Assembly (NCBI GenBank): GCA_019358915.1
Contig: JAHHIM010000003.1
Location: 96,001-160,000, forward strand
Direction of reading: 5' to 3'
DNA from: Trichormus sp. ATA11-4-KO1
Lineage (GTDB): Bacteria > Cyanobacteriota > Cyanobacteriia > Cyanobacteriales > Nostocaceae
DNA: 64,000 nt
Below the pieces are notes generated by a model that had not been told where the DNA came from, made no database searches, and saw nothing but the letters and a program-made list of their open reading frames with translations. The translations under genes were made by a program, and so were the position numbers. The first letter of the stretch is position 1; every line of letters begins with the position of its first letter. Positions 50,549-62,658 of this stretch are shown here, piece after piece.

Positions 50549-50949
50549 GCTTCCTTGGCTCCTTTGATGCGTGTTCTCTAACTGAAGTTCTGAACGACAT
50601 CCGCCGCCAGATTTACTTCATGATTTTTTTTCGGCAATATGAATTTTTTATCAGAAAAACTTTACCAGTTGAGCATTTTGTGGTCTATATGACACAAATC
50701 GATATAAAAAAATAAATATTTATTTATAAATGTTGAAAAATATAAAAGTGTATACTCACAATTGTGTAAATTTTTCTTAATAATTAAGTGAGTGGGTACT
50801 GGGGATTAGGGACTGGGAGGAGAAAATGAAACCAATTCGCAATAGAGCCTACGGATGCCGCCAGGCTGTACGCAATTGAATCAAGCCCGACATTAGGGGT
50901 AGGGTTTCTACCTACCTTGGGATAAAATAACTCATGACTTAGTTAACAA

Positions 50950-52191
50950 ATGACTCAAGCAGTTGATATTTTGATTCTTTCCAATGGCCCTGGTGAGTTA
51001 ACAACCTGGGTACGTCCTGTTGTTAAGGCTTTGCGGCAAGAGCTAGGTGATGATCGTTCTCAGATTCGGATTTCTGTGGTTTTGTCGCCTTGTCCAAATG
51101 CCAGTGGTAAAGAAGCTGCGATCGCTTTGAGTTATCTAGAAGTGGATAGAGTACAAGCAGCAGAGCATTTTTGGCAGTTTTTGCTATGGGGTAAGACATG
51201 GGAAAATTGGGATTGGCGCGATCGCGGTGTAGTTGTTTTCCTCGGTGGTGATCAAATTTTTCCGGTGGTCATTGGTAAAAAATTGGGATATCGCACAGTT
51301 GTTTACGCTGAATGGGATGCGCGTTGGCATAATTGGATCGACCGCTTTGGTATTATGCAGCCAAAAGTGGCTGAACGAGTATCGCCAAAACATGCTCACA
51401 AATTTACAGTTGTGGGAGATTTAATGGTAGAAGCACAAACCAGTATTACTCAAAACGCACCATCCCCTACGGAAATCATTGGTTTACTACCAGGGTCAAA
51501 AGCAGCAAAACTATCCCAAGGAGTGCCATTATGCTTGGCAGTTGCTGAATATATCTACGCCAAAAGACCTCAAACCAAGTTTGTGATTCCGGTAGCACCG
51601 ACTTTGGATTTACCAACTTTAGCTAGTTTTGCTGACCAGCAGAAAAATCCTTTTGTGAAAGTTTTTGGCAGTTCCTCTGCTGTTTTAGTCGAGTCGGACA
51701 ATCCGATTCTGAAAACAGAAACAGGCTTGTGTGTAGAGTTGTGCAGAGAAAATCCCGCCTATGAATTATTATCTCATTGTAGTATTTGTTTAACTACCGT
51801 AGGTGCAAACACAGCTGAACTCGGTGCTTTGGCTGTACCGATGATTGTTGTGATCCCAACTCAGCAACTTGATGCGATGCGTTCTTGGGATGGTTTACCA
51901 GGATTGTTAGCTAATTTGCCTGTTGTGGGTTCTAGTTTTGCCAAAGCAATTAATTGGTTGGTATTAAGTCGTAAGGGTTTGTTAGCTTGGCCGAATATTT
52001 GGGCAAAAGCAGAGATAGTACCGGAACTTGTGGGTAAACTCCAGCCGCAAGATGTGGGGGAAATTTTGTTGGATTTTTTGGATCATCCGCAAAAGTTAGA
52101 TGAGATGCGAAATAAACTCCGCAGTGTTCGGGGTGAAAGTGGTGCGGCACGTAAGTTGGCAGTTTTAGTGAAAGAAGAAATGGAAAAATAG
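50950..52191 (+). CDS. LpxB-like lipid-A-disaccharide synthase family glycosyltransferase
   Basis: SNGPGE, VVGDLM, GLLPGSK, GANTAEL, IVPEL. Confidence 0.75.
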   Translation: MTQAVDILILSNGPGELTTWVRPVVKALRQELGDDRSQIRISVVLSPCPNASGKEAAIALSYLEVDRVQAAEHFWQFLLWGKTWENWDWRDRGVVVFLGGDQIFPVVIGKKLGYRTVVYAEWDARWHNWIDRFGIMQPKVAERVSPKHAHKFTVVGDLMVEAQTSITQNAPSPTEIIGLLPGSKAAKLSQGVPLCLAVAEYIYAKRPQTKFVIPVAPTLDLPTLASFADQQKNPFVKVFGSSSAVLVESDNPILKTETGLCVELCRENPAYELLSHCSICLTTVGANTAELGALAVPMIVVIPTQQLDAMRSWDGLPGLLANLPVVGSSFAKAINWLVLSRKGLLAWPNIWAKAEIVPELVGKLQPQDVGEILLDFLDHPQKLDEMRNKLRSVRGESGAARKLAVLVKEEMEK

Positions 52192-52417
52192 AGAAATGTT
52201 TTTATTTTGAATTTTGAATTGATTCATATTTGGTGGTGAGGTACAGAAGTAATGTTTTTTAACGCAGAGGAACGCTAAGGTAGCGCAGCGAAAAGTTGTG
52301 TGCGGGGGTTCCCCCAGTTGAGCAAACTTTTCAAGACAGAGTTACGCAAAGATTGCCAATATTTCTATCTTTTGAGTTTGAGAAATTCTTGATTAATACT
52401 AGGTATAAATTTTAGCT

Positions 52418-52804
52418 TTAATCAGAAGACTGACCATCTCTGCGTCCTAATTCGTAAATACCGGAACCAATACAGGCAAGTATACCGACGCTAATTGCCC
52501 AACTGCGTCCTAAGCTAATTTCTACTCCCCAGTTGCATAAAGCGCCAAATATAAGAAAGGGTATGATGCTGAATAGTGAGGCATAAAAGGCGTTTTGGGA
52601 TTCTCTGGCTTTACGTGTCTTTTCAAATTCTGTCTGGCTGGTGTAAAGCGATCGCTCGGCAAAGTTGAACCAGCGATTTAGTTGCTCTATGACCCATTCA
52701 CTGACTGGAGAAAACGCCAGATATAGCGCCAATGACCATACGCTTGTTCCAGCGATCGCGATCGTGTCTAACTCAAAACGGAAGGGGAAAATTTCAGTCA
52801 GCAT
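52418..52804 (-). CDS. conserved hypothetical membrane protein
   Basis: WSLALY, WFNFAERSLY, RESQNAFYAS, YELGRRD. Confidence 0.75.
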   Translation of the reverse strand: MLTEIFPFRFELDTIAIAGTSVWSLALYLAFSPVSEWVIEQLNRWFNFAERSLYTSQTEFEKTRKARESQNAFYASLFSIIPFLIFGALCNWGVEISLGRSWAISVGILACIGSGIYELGRRDGQSSD

Positions 52805-53063
52805 AGCTTGGGTCGTCCTGCAAATGGTCAATTTGACATGTGAACATATATATTGACCTTCTAAGCAATTTTAAGCATAAAAGCTAGCAGGATTTCGTTT
52901 GTTTGGCAACTCTCTGGTTTTTAGCCCAGCCTTTTCCATCTTTGTGCCTTAGTGCCTTTGTGGTTAAAAAGTCATTTTTTTAACTAATAACATACCAAGA
53001 AACCCAGAAAAATAGGTAGTGGTAAATAAACAAATAACATCCTCATTAGAGAATTATTTACTC

Positions 53064-53096
53064 AATCCCCTGGGTATCTTAGCCAGGGGATTTTTT
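53064..53096. terminator. GC-rich hairpin downstream of ftsH
   Basis: AATCCCCTGG-N9-CCAGGGGATT; the T tract is on the plus strand. Confidence 0.5.
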
Positions 53097-53170
53097 CAAG
53101 AACATTTAGCTGGCTGCTGGGTCTATACTCAGCACTCAGCACTTAGAAAGGCACTCAGCACTTTGCTATA

Positions 53171-55039
53171 TTAATGAGACACAGCCAATTTTTCATCAGT
53201 TATTTGGTTATGTTCAGCGACAATTTGGCGGAACAGTTCACCCTCAATTGTTTCTTGGTCTGCCAACAAATCTACTAAACGCTCTAAGGCTGTGCGGTTT
53301 TCTTGCAGCAATTCTTTGGCTTTGATATAAGAACTATTGACAATCTCGCGCACTTGTGAATCAATCTTGGCGGCAATTTCTTCCGAATATTCTGATTTAT
53401 TCATCCAATCACGTCCTAAAAACACCTCGCTACTCTGATTTTCCAAGGACAGTGGCCCCAAATCAGACATCCCGAAGCGTGTCACCATTTGCCGTGCCAT
53501 TGAAGTAACCTGTTGCAGGTCATTGCCAGCGCCTGTAGTTACTTCCGGCTTACCGAAAACAATTTCTTCGGCGGCGCGACCACCCAAAGTTGCAGTAATT
53601 CTGGCTTTGATTTGAGAACGAGAAATTAACCCTTGTTCTTCGTTGGGAGTAAACCAAGTTAATCCTAGTGCTTGTCCCCGTGGGATGAGGGTAACTTTCT
53701 GCACTGGGTCATGGTCTTTGAGTAATGTGCCAATTAAGGCGTGTCCGACTTCATGGTAAGCAATTAAGCGTTTGTTCTTGCTGTCTACTAAGGCAGTACC
53801 TTCCATACCTGCTACAACTCGATCCACCGCATCATCCACCTCTAAAATGGTGATCGCTTCTTTGCGTCTTCTGGCAGTGAGAATCGCTGCTTCGTTGAGT
53901 AAGTTGGCTAAATCAGCACCAGTAAAACCAGGAGTCCGCCGAGCGATCGCATCTAAGGATACACTGGGATCAATTTTCTTATTGCGTGAATGGACTTTCA
54001 AAATTTCCAAGCGTCCTTTGAGATCCGGTGCATCCACAATTACTTGTCGATCAAAGCGTCCAGGTCTGAGTAAGGCTGCATCTAGGACATCTGGGCGGTT
54101 AGTGGCAGCAATAATAATGATGCCTGTATTACCTTCAAAACCGTCCATTTCGGTCAGCAGTTGGTTGAGGGTTTGTTCTCTCTCATCGTTACCGCCGCCG
54201 ATACCAGTACCCCTTTGCCTACCGACGGCATCAATTTCATCGATAAATATTAAGCAAGGGGCATTGTCCTTAGCTTTCTTAAATAGGTCACGCACACGGG
54301 ATGCACCCACACCCACGAACATTTCTACAAATTCCGAGCCGGAAATGCTAAAGAAAGGTACACCTGCTTCCCCCGCGATCGCTTTTGCTAGTAAAGTTTT
54401 ACCAGTTCCTGGAGGGCCAATTAACAGTACACCTTTGGGAATGCGTGCGCCTACAGCAGTAAATCTTTCTGGCTGCTTGAGGAAGGTAACGACTTCTCCT
54501 AGTTCTTCCTTAGCTTCTTCCACCCCAGCTACGTCTTCAAATTTTACTCCGGTTTTGGCCTCCATTTGAAAGCGCGCTCTAGATTTGCCAAAGTTCATCG
54601 CTTGGTTAGAAGCATTGGTAGAGCGCCGGAGAAACAATAACATCAAAGCGACCAGTGGTAAAATCCACATGAGGTTAATCAATAGCCCTACAGCAATCCT
54701 GCTGTTGGCAGAGGAAACCTGTCCAAAATCAACGTCTTGTTCTTTCAGTGTGTTAATTAATTCAGTGTTTTGATTCAAAAGCCTGACTTGTATTGGTGGT
54801 GCATCTGGCTTTTGACCCTTGAGATAAACCTTGGCTATCTGTTCAGTTTCGTCAAGCTCTACTTTTTGAACTTCCCCTTTCTCCGTTTTCTTGATCAACT
54901 CACCATATGTTAGGGAGTCGCGCTCTGCTTTTTGCGCCAAGGCAGGAGTACCCACGAAAATACCTGGCAACATCAGTAAACTAGCTGCTAGGGCGGCTGA
55001 TCTTTGCTTCATCAATGCCTTGTTCCCGAAATTTTTCAT
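53171..55039 (-). CDS. ftsH: ATP-dependent zinc metalloprotease FtsH (FtsH1/2-like)
   Basis: [26 protein letters not shown]. Confidence 0.97.
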   Translation of the reverse strand: MKNFGNKALMKQRSAALAASLLMLPGIFVGTPALAQKAERDSLTYGELIKKTEKGEVQKVELDETEQIAKVYLKGQKPDAPPIQVRLLNQNTELINTLKEQDVDFGQVSSANSRIAVGLLINLMWILPLVALMLLFLRRSTNASNQAMNFGKSRARFQMEAKTGVKFEDVAGVEEAKEELGEVVTFLKQPERFTAVGARIPKGVLLIGPPGTGKTLLAKAIAGEAGVPFFSISGSEFVEMFVGVGASRVRDLFKKAKDNAPCLIFIDEIDAVGRQRGTGIGGGNDEREQTLNQLLTEMDGFEGNTGIIIIAATNRPDVLDAALLRPGRFDRQVIVDAPDLKGRLEILKVHSRNKKIDPSVSLDAIARRTPGFTGADLANLLNEAAILTARRRKEAITILEVDDAVDRVVAGMEGTALVDSKNKRLIAYHEVGHALIGTLLKDHDPVQKVTLIPRGQALGLTWFTPNEEQGLISRSQIKARITATLGGRAAEEIVFGKPEVTTGAGNDLQQVTSMARQMVTRFGMSDLGPLSLENQSSEVFLGRDWMNKSEYSEEIAAKIDSQVREIVNSSYIKAKELLQENRTALERLVDLLADQETIEGELFRQIVAEHNQITDEKLAVSH

Positions 55040-55322
55040 AATAATTACCCTTTGTCTGCTGGCATCAGCTGAGCGCTGGTTTTATGCCTATTCTTCTAGC
55101 AAAAACTGCAATAACTGGAAATCACTATTTTCTCATCTAGTCTAACTTCTACACAAAGCTGTTCCCCAGTTTTTCTTCGTTATTATTATGACTTCTGGAT
55201 TTTCCTCCATGTAATTTGACGACGACAATCTAAATCGCTAATATAAATAAACATAATCGTAATGACTTCGCTTTTTAAGTATCCTGGTGATAGTAGCTAA
55301 TTATTGAGTTGATGGGTGAATT

Positions 55323-55868
55323 ATGGTGAAAATTGTAGGACTTGGTGGTAGTTTAAGAACTGACTCATACACCCAGCTCGCTTTGCAAGTAGCAGCACAA
55401 CGAGTAGAAGCCTTGGGTGCAGAGGTAGAAATTTTGGATTTGCGGCAATTGCATTTGCCATTTTGCAATGCTGGAAAAGAATATCCAGAATACCCAGATG
55501 TTCAGCGACTACGTAATACTGTTAGTGGTGCTGATGGATTAATTTTAGCTACACCCGAATATCATGGTGGCGTTAGTGGTGTACTAAAAAACACCCTTGA
55601 TTTGATGAGTTTTGAAGAGCTATCTGGTAAGGTGACAGGAGTGCTGAGTGTGTTGGGAGGTCAGTCTAATAGCAACGCCCTAAATGAGCTACGGCTGATT
55701 GTTAGGTGGGTACACGGCTGGGTAATCCCTGAGCAAATTGCTATTGGACAAGCCTGGAGCGCTTTTAGTCCTGAAGGGAAACTACTGGATGAAAAACTCT
55801 CCGAAAGGTTTGATAAGTTTGCTCAGAGTTTAGTTGATAATACTCGCAAACTCAGAGGAGTTAATTAG
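55323..55868 (+). CDS. NADPH-dependent FMN reductase
   Basis: GSLR, TPEYHG..SGVLKN..D. Confidence 0.92.
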   Translation: MVKIVGLGGSLRTDSYTQLALQVAAQRVEALGAEVEILDLRQLHLPFCNAGKEYPEYPDVQRLRNTVSGADGLILATPEYHGGVSGVLKNTLDLMSFEELSGKVTGVLSVLGGQSNSNALNELRLIVRWVHGWVIPEQIAIGQAWSAFSPEGKLLDEKLSERFDKFAQSLVDNTRKLRGVN

Positions 55869-55956
55869 ATATCGACCGAAATTAAATATGCGTGATTCAG
55901 AAATTTTTTAGAGATGTAGCGTTGCTGTGTCTCTAATTTTGTCTTTATCCCCAACA

Positions 55957-55988
55957 AAAAATCCCCCACCTTACAGCAGGGGATTTTT
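55957..55988. terminator. bidirectional-type terminator after psaB
   Basis: AAAAATCCCC...GGGGATTTTT between convergent genes. Confidence 0.7.
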
Positions 55989-56014
55989 ATTAACCTACAA
56001 AACTAGCAATTGAA

Positions 56015-58246
56015 TTAACCGAACTTACCAGCAGTGGAGGCAATCAAGAACGCTGCATAGGTCACAACATAGCCGACAGTGAAGTGGGCTAGACCTACCA
56101 AGCGAGCTTGAACGATGGAGAGAGCAACGGGCTTATCTTTCCAGCGAACTAAGTTAGCTAGAGGTGTACGCTCGTGTGCCCAAACAAGGGTTTCAATCAA
56201 CTCTTGCCAGTATCCTCTCCAAGAGATGAGGAACATGAAACCAGTTGCCCAAACTAGGTGGCCAAATAGGAACATCCAAGCCCAAACAGACAGGTTATTC
56301 ACGCCGTAGGGATTGTATCCGTTAATTAACTGAGCAGAGTTAGCCCAGAGGTAATCACGGAACCAGCCCATTAAGTAAGTGGAGTTTTCGTTGAACTGAG
56401 CAACGTTACCTTGCCAAATACCTAGATGTTTCCAGTGCCAGTAGAAGGTTACCCAACCAATGGTGTTCAACATCCAGAACATAGCTAGGTAGAAGGAGTC
56501 CCAAGCAGAGATGTCGCAAGTACCGCCACGGCCTGGACCATCGCAAGGGAAGGCATAACCGAAGTCCTTTTTATCGGGCATCAGCTTGGAACCACGAGCA
56601 TCCAAAGCACCTTTAACAAGTACTAGGGTGGTGGTGTGAATAGCCAGAGCGAATGCGTGGTGTACCAGGAAGTCGCCAGGGCCAATTGTTAAGAACAAGG
56701 AATTGGTGCCAGAGTTGATGGCATCTAACCAGCCACCTAACCAAACGTTGCCGTAGTTAGGATAAGCTGTGTAGGCGATGCTGTCGGGGTTAGACAACAA
56801 GGTATCTAAGCCGTACAGTACTTTACCGTGAGCAGCTTGAATGAATTGTGCGAACACAGGTTCAATCAAGATTTGCTTTTCAGGAGTACCGAAAGCAACT
56901 ACTACGTCGTTGTGTACATACAAACCGAGGGTGTGGAAGCCTAAAAATAGCGATACCCAGCTGAGGTGAGAGATGATCGCTTCTTTGTGCTTCAGCACAC
57001 GGTCAAGTACGTTGCCCTTGTTTTGTTCGGGGTCGTAGTCACGTACCCAGAAGATGGCGGCATGGGCGAAGGCACCAACCATCAAGAAGCCAGCAATATA
57101 CTGGTGGTGAGTGTACAGCGCTGCCTGAGTTGTGTAGTCCTTAGCAATGAATGCGTAAGGAGGCAGGGAGTACATGTGCTGCGCTACCAAGGAAGTGATG
57201 GTTCCTAGTGCTGCCAAAGCTAGAGACAGCTGGAAGTGCAGTGAGTTGTTAATGGTGTCGTACAGACCTTGGTGAGGCAGGTTGAATTGACCTTCACTCT
57301 TGCTACCAGGTACTAAACCGGATTTGGAGTTGAGCATTTCTTTGATGCTGTGACCAATTCCAAAGTTAGTCCGGTACATGTGACCAGCAACAATGAAGAT
57401 AACTGCGATCGCCAAGTGGTGGTGAGCCATGTCGGTCAACCACAAGGATTCTGTCTGAGGATGGAATCCACCCAAGAAAGTCAGAATCGCTGTACCTGAA
57501 CCTTGAGATGTACCAAAAATATGGCTGGCAGTGTCAGGGTTCTGAGCGTAAACGCCCCAGTTACCTGTGAAGAATGGTGTCAAACCGGCTGGGTGGGGCA
57601 ATGTGGTTAAGAAGTTATCCCAACCAACGTGCTGTCCGCGAGATTCGGGGATGGCAACGTGAATCAAGTGACCAGCCCAAGCCAAGGAGCTAACACCAAA
57701 CAAACCAGCTAAGTGGTGGTTCAAACGGGGTTCAGCACTCTTAAACCAAGAGAGGCTAGGACGGAACTTGGGTTGCAAGTGCAACCAACCAGCAAATAAG
57801 AATAATGCTGCCAACAAGAGGAGGAACACGGAACCGGTGTACAGTTCGCTGTTCGTCCGCATACCGATGGTATACCACCAGTGGTAAACACCAGAATAAG
57901 CAATGTTTACGGGATTGCTAGCACCAGCTTGGGTAAATGCTTCGATAGCAGGTTTACCAAAGTGGGGGTCCCAAATCGCATGGGCGATTGGGCGGACATG
58001 CAGGGGATCTTTAATCCACTGTTCAAAGTTACCTTGCCAGGCCACGTGGAACAGGAGGCTGGAAGCCCACAGGAAAATGATTGCCAAGTGACCGAAGTGA
58101 GTGGCGAAAATCTTTTGGTAAAGATTTTCTTCTGTCATGCCATCGTGGCTTTCAAAGTCGTTGCCTGTAGCGATCGCATACCATATCCGACGCGTAGTCG
58201 GGTCCTGTGCGAGATCCTGGCTAAATTTGGGAAATTTTGTTGCCAT
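56015..58246 (-). CDS. psaB: photosystem I core protein PsaB
   Basis: [22 protein letters not shown]. Confidence 0.99.
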   Translation of the reverse strand: MATKFPKFSQDLAQDPTTRRIWYAIATGNDFESHDGMTEENLYQKIFATHFGHLAIIFLWASSLLFHVAWQGNFEQWIKDPLHVRPIAHAIWDPHFGKPAIEAFTQAGASNPVNIAYSGVYHWWYTIGMRTNSELYTGSVFLLLLAALFLFAGWLHLQPKFRPSLSWFKSAEPRLNHHLAGLFGVSSLAWAGHLIHVAIPESRGQHVGWDNFLTTLPHPAGLTPFFTGNWGVYAQNPDTASHIFGTSQGSGTAILTFLGGFHPQTESLWLTDMAHHHLAIAVIFIVAGHMYRTNFGIGHSIKEMLNSKSGLVPGSKSEGQFNLPHQGLYDTINNSLHFQLSLALAALGTITSLVAQHMYSLPPYAFIAKDYTTQAALYTHHQYIAGFLMVGAFAHAAIFWVRDYDPEQNKGNVLDRVLKHKEAIISHLSWVSLFLGFHTLGLYVHNDVVVAFGTPEKQILIEPVFAQFIQAAHGKVLYGLDTLLSNPDSIAYTAYPNYGNVWLGGWLDAINSGTNSLFLTIGPGDFLVHHAFALAIHTTTLVLVKGALDARGSKLMPDKKDFGYAFPCDGPGRGGTCDISAWDSFYLAMFWMLNTIGWVTFYWHWKHLGIWQGNVAQFNENSTYLMGWFRDYLWANSAQLINGYNPYGVNNLSVWAWMFLFGHLVWATGFMFLISWRGYWQELIETLVWAHERTPLANLVRWKDKPVALSIVQARLVGLAHFTVGYVVTYAAFLIASTAGKFG

Positions 58247-58323
58247 AGGTTTGATAAATCCTCTGACCTTTAGCCATCAGGTGTCAGCTTTTGGAGTTCT
58301 GAGTTTTGAGTCCTAAGTTTTGA

Positions 58324-58348
58324 ACTCAGCACTCAGCACTCAGCACTC
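58324..58348. repeat. STRR (ACTCAGC)x3 in the psaA-psaB spacer
   Basis: Tandem heptamers. Confidence 0.85.
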
Positions 58349-58361
58349 CTTAACTGAATTG

Positions 58362-60620
58362 CTACCCTACTGAAAGGATGTGTGCGTGGAAGAATGCCCA
58401 AGTGGTGACAATTCCTCCTAAGAGGTAGTGAGCCACACCTACAGCTCGACCCTGAATGATGCTCAGAGCGCGAGGCTGAATTGCTGGAGCTACTTTCAGT
58501 TTATTATGTGCCCAAACAATGGACTCAATGAGTTCTTGCCAGTAGCCGCGACCACTGAATAGGAACATTAAACTGAATGCCCAGACAAAGTGAGCGCCTA
58601 AGAAGAGTAGACCATAGGCAGATAGCGCACTGCCGTAGGAGTTGATTACTTGTGAAGCTTGTGCCCACAAGAAGTCACGCAACCAGCCGTTGATGGTGAT
58701 AGCACTTTGGGCAAAGTTACCACCAGTAATGTGAGATACATTACCAGCTGCGTCTACTGTTCCCCAGACATCTGATTGCATTTTCCAACTGAAGTGGAAA
58801 ATTACAATCGACAGGGAGTTATACATCCAGAACAGTCCGAGGAACACATGGTCCCAACCAGATACTTGACATGTGCCACCACGACCTGGACCGTCGCAAG
58901 GGAAACGGAAGCCTAGGTTTGCTTTGTCTGGAATCAGACGAGAACTGCGGGCGAACAGCACACCTTTGAGCAGAATCAGGACGGTAACGTGAATTGTGAA
59001 GGCGTGGATATGGTGAACTAAAAAGTCCGCCGTACCCAAAGCAATGGGCATCATTGCTACTTTGCCACCTACAGCCAAGATACCGCCGCCAAAGGCATAA
59101 CTAACTGGTTCTAAAGCATTGGGAGCAGTGCCACCAGGAGCCAGGGTGTGCAGGTTTTGCACCCACTGAGCAAATACTGGCTGCAACTGAATTGCTGTGT
59201 CGGAGAACATGTCTTGGGGACGTCCCAAGGCACGCATTGTGTCGTTGTGGATGTACAGTCCGAAGCTGTGGAAGCCGAGGAAAATACACACCCAGTTCAG
59301 GTGAGAGATGATAGCATCCCGGTGACGAATCACCCGATCTAGTACGTTGTTTTGGTTAACAACAGGATCGTAATCACGCACCATGAAGATAGCCGCGTGA
59401 GCCGCACCACCAACGATCAGGAAGCCACCTATCCACATATGGTGAGTGAATATACACAATTGCGTAGCGTAGTCCGTTGCCAAGTACGGATACGGGGGCA
59501 TTGCGTACATGTGGTGAGCAATGATGATCGTCAGTGAACCCAAGAAAGCAAGGTTAGTTGCCAACTGAGCGTGCCAGGAAGTGGTCATGTTTTCGTAGAG
59601 ACCCTTGTGACCTTCACCAGTGAAGGGACCTTTATGGTTTTCTAGGATCTCTTTAATGCTGTGACCGATACCCCAGTTGGTACGGTACATGTGACCAGCA
59701 ACGATGAACAGGACTGCGATCGCCAGGTGGTGATGAGAAATATCTGTCAACCACAAGCCGCCTGTTACTGGATTTAGACCGCCCTTGAAGGTGAGGAAGT
59801 CAGCATACTGACCCCAGTTCAAGGTGAAGAATGGTGTTAAACCATTGGCAAAGCTGGGATATAGCTCTGTCAGCAAGTCTTTGTTCAGAATGAACTCGTG
59901 GGGCAGGGGTATGTCTTTAGCAGCCACACCTGCATCCAAAAGTTTGTTGACTGGTGCGGACACATGAATCAAGTGTCCAGCCCATCCCAAGGAGCCACAA
60001 CCTAGCAATACTGCCAAGTGGTGATTCAGCATAGACTCCACATTCTGGAACCATTCCAGTTTGGGAGCGCGCTTGTGGTAATGGAACCAACCAGCGAACA
60101 AGAACAAGCCTGCTAGTACCAAGCCGCCAATGGCTGTTACATAAAGCTGGAATGAGCTTGTAATACCCCAGCCACGCCATACTTGGAACAAGCCAGAGGT
60201 GATTTGAATACCGTGGAAGCCTCCACCGACATCACCATTTAAAATGTCTTGTCCAACAATAGGCCAAACGACTTGAGCACTAGGACTCACATTTAAGGGG
60301 TCGCTTAACCAGGCTTCGTAATTCGAGAACTTAGCGCCGTGGAATAACATCCCGCTTAACCAAATCGCCACTACAGCAAGGTGCCCGAAGTGTGCCGCGA
60401 AGATTTTACGGGAAATGTCTTCTAAATCGCTTGTATGTGTATCAAAATCGTGGGCGAGTGCATGAAGGTTCCAAATCCATGTGGTGGTTTTGGGCCCTCT
60501 GGCTAAGGATCTGTCAAAGTGCCCCGGCTTTGCCCATTTTTCAAATGAGGTAGGAACCGGATCTTTATCGACTATGACTCTTGCCTTTTTTTCCTCTCGC
60601 TCCGGAGGACTAATCGTCAT
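58362..60620 (-). CDS. psaA: photosystem I core protein PsaA
   Basis: [29 protein letters not shown]. Confidence 0.99.
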   Translation of the reverse strand: MTISPPEREEKKARVIVDKDPVPTSFEKWAKPGHFDRSLARGPKTTTWIWNLHALAHDFDTHTSDLEDISRKIFAAHFGHLAVVAIWLSGMLFHGAKFSNYEAWLSDPLNVSPSAQVVWPIVGQDILNGDVGGGFHGIQITSGLFQVWRGWGITSSFQLYVTAIGGLVLAGLFLFAGWFHYHKRAPKLEWFQNVESMLNHHLAVLLGCGSLGWAGHLIHVSAPVNKLLDAGVAAKDIPLPHEFILNKDLLTELYPSFANGLTPFFTLNWGQYADFLTFKGGLNPVTGGLWLTDISHHHLAIAVLFIVAGHMYRTNWGIGHSIKEILENHKGPFTGEGHKGLYENMTTSWHAQLATNLAFLGSLTIIIAHHMYAMPPYPYLATDYATQLCIFTHHMWIGGFLIVGGAAHAAIFMVRDYDPVVNQNNVLDRVIRHRDAIISHLNWVCIFLGFHSFGLYIHNDTMRALGRPQDMFSDTAIQLQPVFAQWVQNLHTLAPGGTAPNALEPVSYAFGGGILAVGGKVAMMPIALGTADFLVHHIHAFTIHVTVLILLKGVLFARSSRLIPDKANLGFRFPCDGPGRGGTCQVSGWDHVFLGLFWMYNSLSIVIFHFSWKMQSDVWGTVDAAGNVSHITGGNFAQSAITINGWLRDFLWAQASQVINSYGSALSAYGLLFLGAHFVWAFSLMFLFSGRGYWQELIESIVWAHNKLKVAPAIQPRALSIIQGRAVGVAHYLLGGIVTTWAFFHAHILSVG

Positions 60621-60744
60621 TCGACCTCCTCTCTTGATAAGGAATGAGGAATCATGAATACCACAAAGTTAACCTTAGTCGCAAACTACAGAAATTTCCT
60701 GGAGCAGTGATTGAAGACTCTATGTGGAAGTTTGTTTCTGTTGA

Positions 60745-60890
60745 ATTATAGAGTCTTGACTGGTACATTGTTAGACACATTTTAACAATAATTCAAATTC
60801 CCTGAAATAATTGCCTTATCTGCTTTTTAACTTCAAACACTTGAGCAAAAAGTCAAGGGTTTCTTCATTTAATTTACAAAGGATAACAAT
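60745..60890 (-). promoter_or_regulatory. psaA promoter region: -10 and an HLR1-like direct repeat
   Basis: Minus-strand TATAAT at 60745-60750; TTTACAAA-gg-ATAACAAT at 60873-60890 resembles the RpaB HLR1 motif. Confidence 0.4.
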
Positions 60891-61147
60891 TCGTAAAATT
60901 TATAAGTTGAGGCAATATATCTGGCATTAGAGCCTTTGCTACAGTTATTCCTGGAATTTCTTTCATGTTTCAATTGCTACGGGAAAAACTGTTAAGATTA
61001 TTAATGATTTTGCAGTTACTCCAGAAAGGCAAAAGAAAAGATTATGGCATCTGGGATAGATTTCACCTTTTGAGCTATGGTGTCCGATGGACAGTTTAAG
61101 CCAAAATAACTTGTCTGTTACTGACGACTATCACCAGGGTAAAAGGC

Positions 61148-62641
61148 ATGAAATCGTGGCACAAAGCGGTGTTATATCCGATCTTCTCTTTGAGATTTAC
61201 TATTTTTAAATGGCTGATGACATTAGTGCTGGTCTTGAGTTTAACCAGTTGTAGTGAAAAAGCTGGTAGCCAAGAAGCGTCTGTTAACTATAGAGAAAAC
61301 CGTTCACAGACTTCTCAGATTTCTCAACAATTTTCAGAAGTCTCACCACCAGAAGTGATTCAAGAATTACGCCCCACTTTAGAAGTTTATCGTCCACACG
61401 TGACCATAGTTACTCCCCAACCAAATGCAGTTATCCAAGAGAACACAGTCTCAGTCAGCTTTCAGGTAAAGGATTTACCAATATTCAAAGATGCTCAACT
61501 GGAATTAGGCCCCCATTTACACGTAATTCTCGATAACCAACCTTATATAGCTGTATACGACCTAAATCAACCTCTAGTTTTGTCAGACTTATCCCCTGGT
61601 ACACATACCCTGCGCGTCTTTGCTTCTCGTCCCTGGCACGAAAGCTTTAAAAATGAAGGTGCTTATGCCCAGACAACATTTCACGTTTTTACCACAACCG
61701 ACGACAATAACCCAGATTCGGATCTGCCTGTCTTAACTTACAGCCGTCCTAAAGGCGACTATGGAGCAGAACCAATTTTACTGGACTTTTACTTAACTAA
61801 CGCTCCTTTACGCCTTGCCGCTAAAGACAATCCCAACGACACAATTAGTGATTGGCGCATTCGCTGCACAATCAATGGCGAAAGTTTCATTTTAGATCGC
61901 TGGCAGGCAATTTATCTTAAGGGTTTCCAACCTGGTAAAAACTGGGTAAAACTGGAATTTCTCGATAATCAGGGAAATCCTGTAAAAAATGCTTTCAACA
62001 CCACAGCTAGATTAATTAATTACCAGCCCAAGGGTAAAGACACCCTTTCCAGAATTGTTAGAGGAGAACTGAAAGCTGATGAGGTGCGTGGAATTGTAGA
62101 CCAAAATTACGTTAAGAAACCAGCTATTGAACCTACGCCTGCACCTGCTGTGGAAAAAATACCAGAACCACAGCTCACTCCAAAAACTGATTTACAACAA
62201 CCTGAAGAACCAGAAAGTCCCAGCGTTGAACCATCACCTAGCTTACCGCCGACACTACCAGAGATTATTGAGTCCCCAAAACCAGAGGTAACACCTACAC
62301 CTGAAGCGAGTGAAGAACCAGAAACAATAACACCTGAGCCAGAAAAGTCGAGATTTGGCAAATTCTTCAACCGTCGCCCTAGTCCCAATGTTGAACCATC
62401 ACCTACTTTACCGCCGACACTACCAGAGATTATTGAATCCCCAAAACCAGAGGTAATACCTACAGATGAACCAACGCTGTTACCTACGAAAATTGCTCCC
62501 AATCCAGAAAAACCAGAATTAAAACGATATTTCAATCCGCGTCAGCTGCCAAATGTCACACCATCTCCCAATGTGGTACCTACACCAGAACAGGAGCAAA
62601 AAGCTGGGGAATACAGAGTTACCAGCACGGAAAATAATTAG
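61148..62641 (+). CDS. putative lipoprotein with a Pro/Glu-rich tail
   Basis: LSLTSC lipobox-like; GPHLHVILDN, HTLRVFASRPWHESFKN; 84-bp internal duplication. Confidence 0.8.
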   Translation: MKSWHKAVLYPIFSLRFTIFKWLMTLVLVLSLTSCSEKAGSQEASVNYRENRSQTSQISQQFSEVSPPEVIQELRPTLEVYRPHVTIVTPQPNAVIQENTVSVSFQVKDLPIFKDAQLELGPHLHVILDNQPYIAVYDLNQPLVLSDLSPGTHTLRVFASRPWHESFKNEGAYAQTTFHVFTTTDDNNPDSDLPVLTYSRPKGDYGAEPILLDFYLTNAPLRLAAKDNPNDTISDWRIRCTINGESFILDRWQAIYLKGFQPGKNWVKLEFLDNQGNPVKNAFNTTARLINYQPKGKDTLSRIVRGELKADEVRGIVDQNYVKKPAIEPTPAPAVEKIPEPQLTPKTDLQQPEEPESPSVEPSPSLPPTLPEIIESPKPEVTPTPEASEEPETITPEPEKSRFGKFFNRRPSPNVEPSPTLPPTLPEIIESPKPEVIPTDEPTLLPTKIAPNPEKPELKRYFNPRQLPNVTPSPNVVPTPEQEQKAGEYRVTSTENN

Positions 62642-62658
62642 CTTTCAGGAGGCAGTGT

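Noticed and set aside
53772..54569. 265-aa plus-strand ORF
   Set aside because: Antisense shadow of the conserved ftsH AAA domain.
56015..60620. Far-red or other specialised psaAB paralogs
   Set aside because: Sequences look canonical and no far-red cluster genes are adjacent; a phylogeny would settle it.
62107..62535. 142-aa minus-strand ORF
   Set aside because: Antisense of the Pro-rich repeat region.
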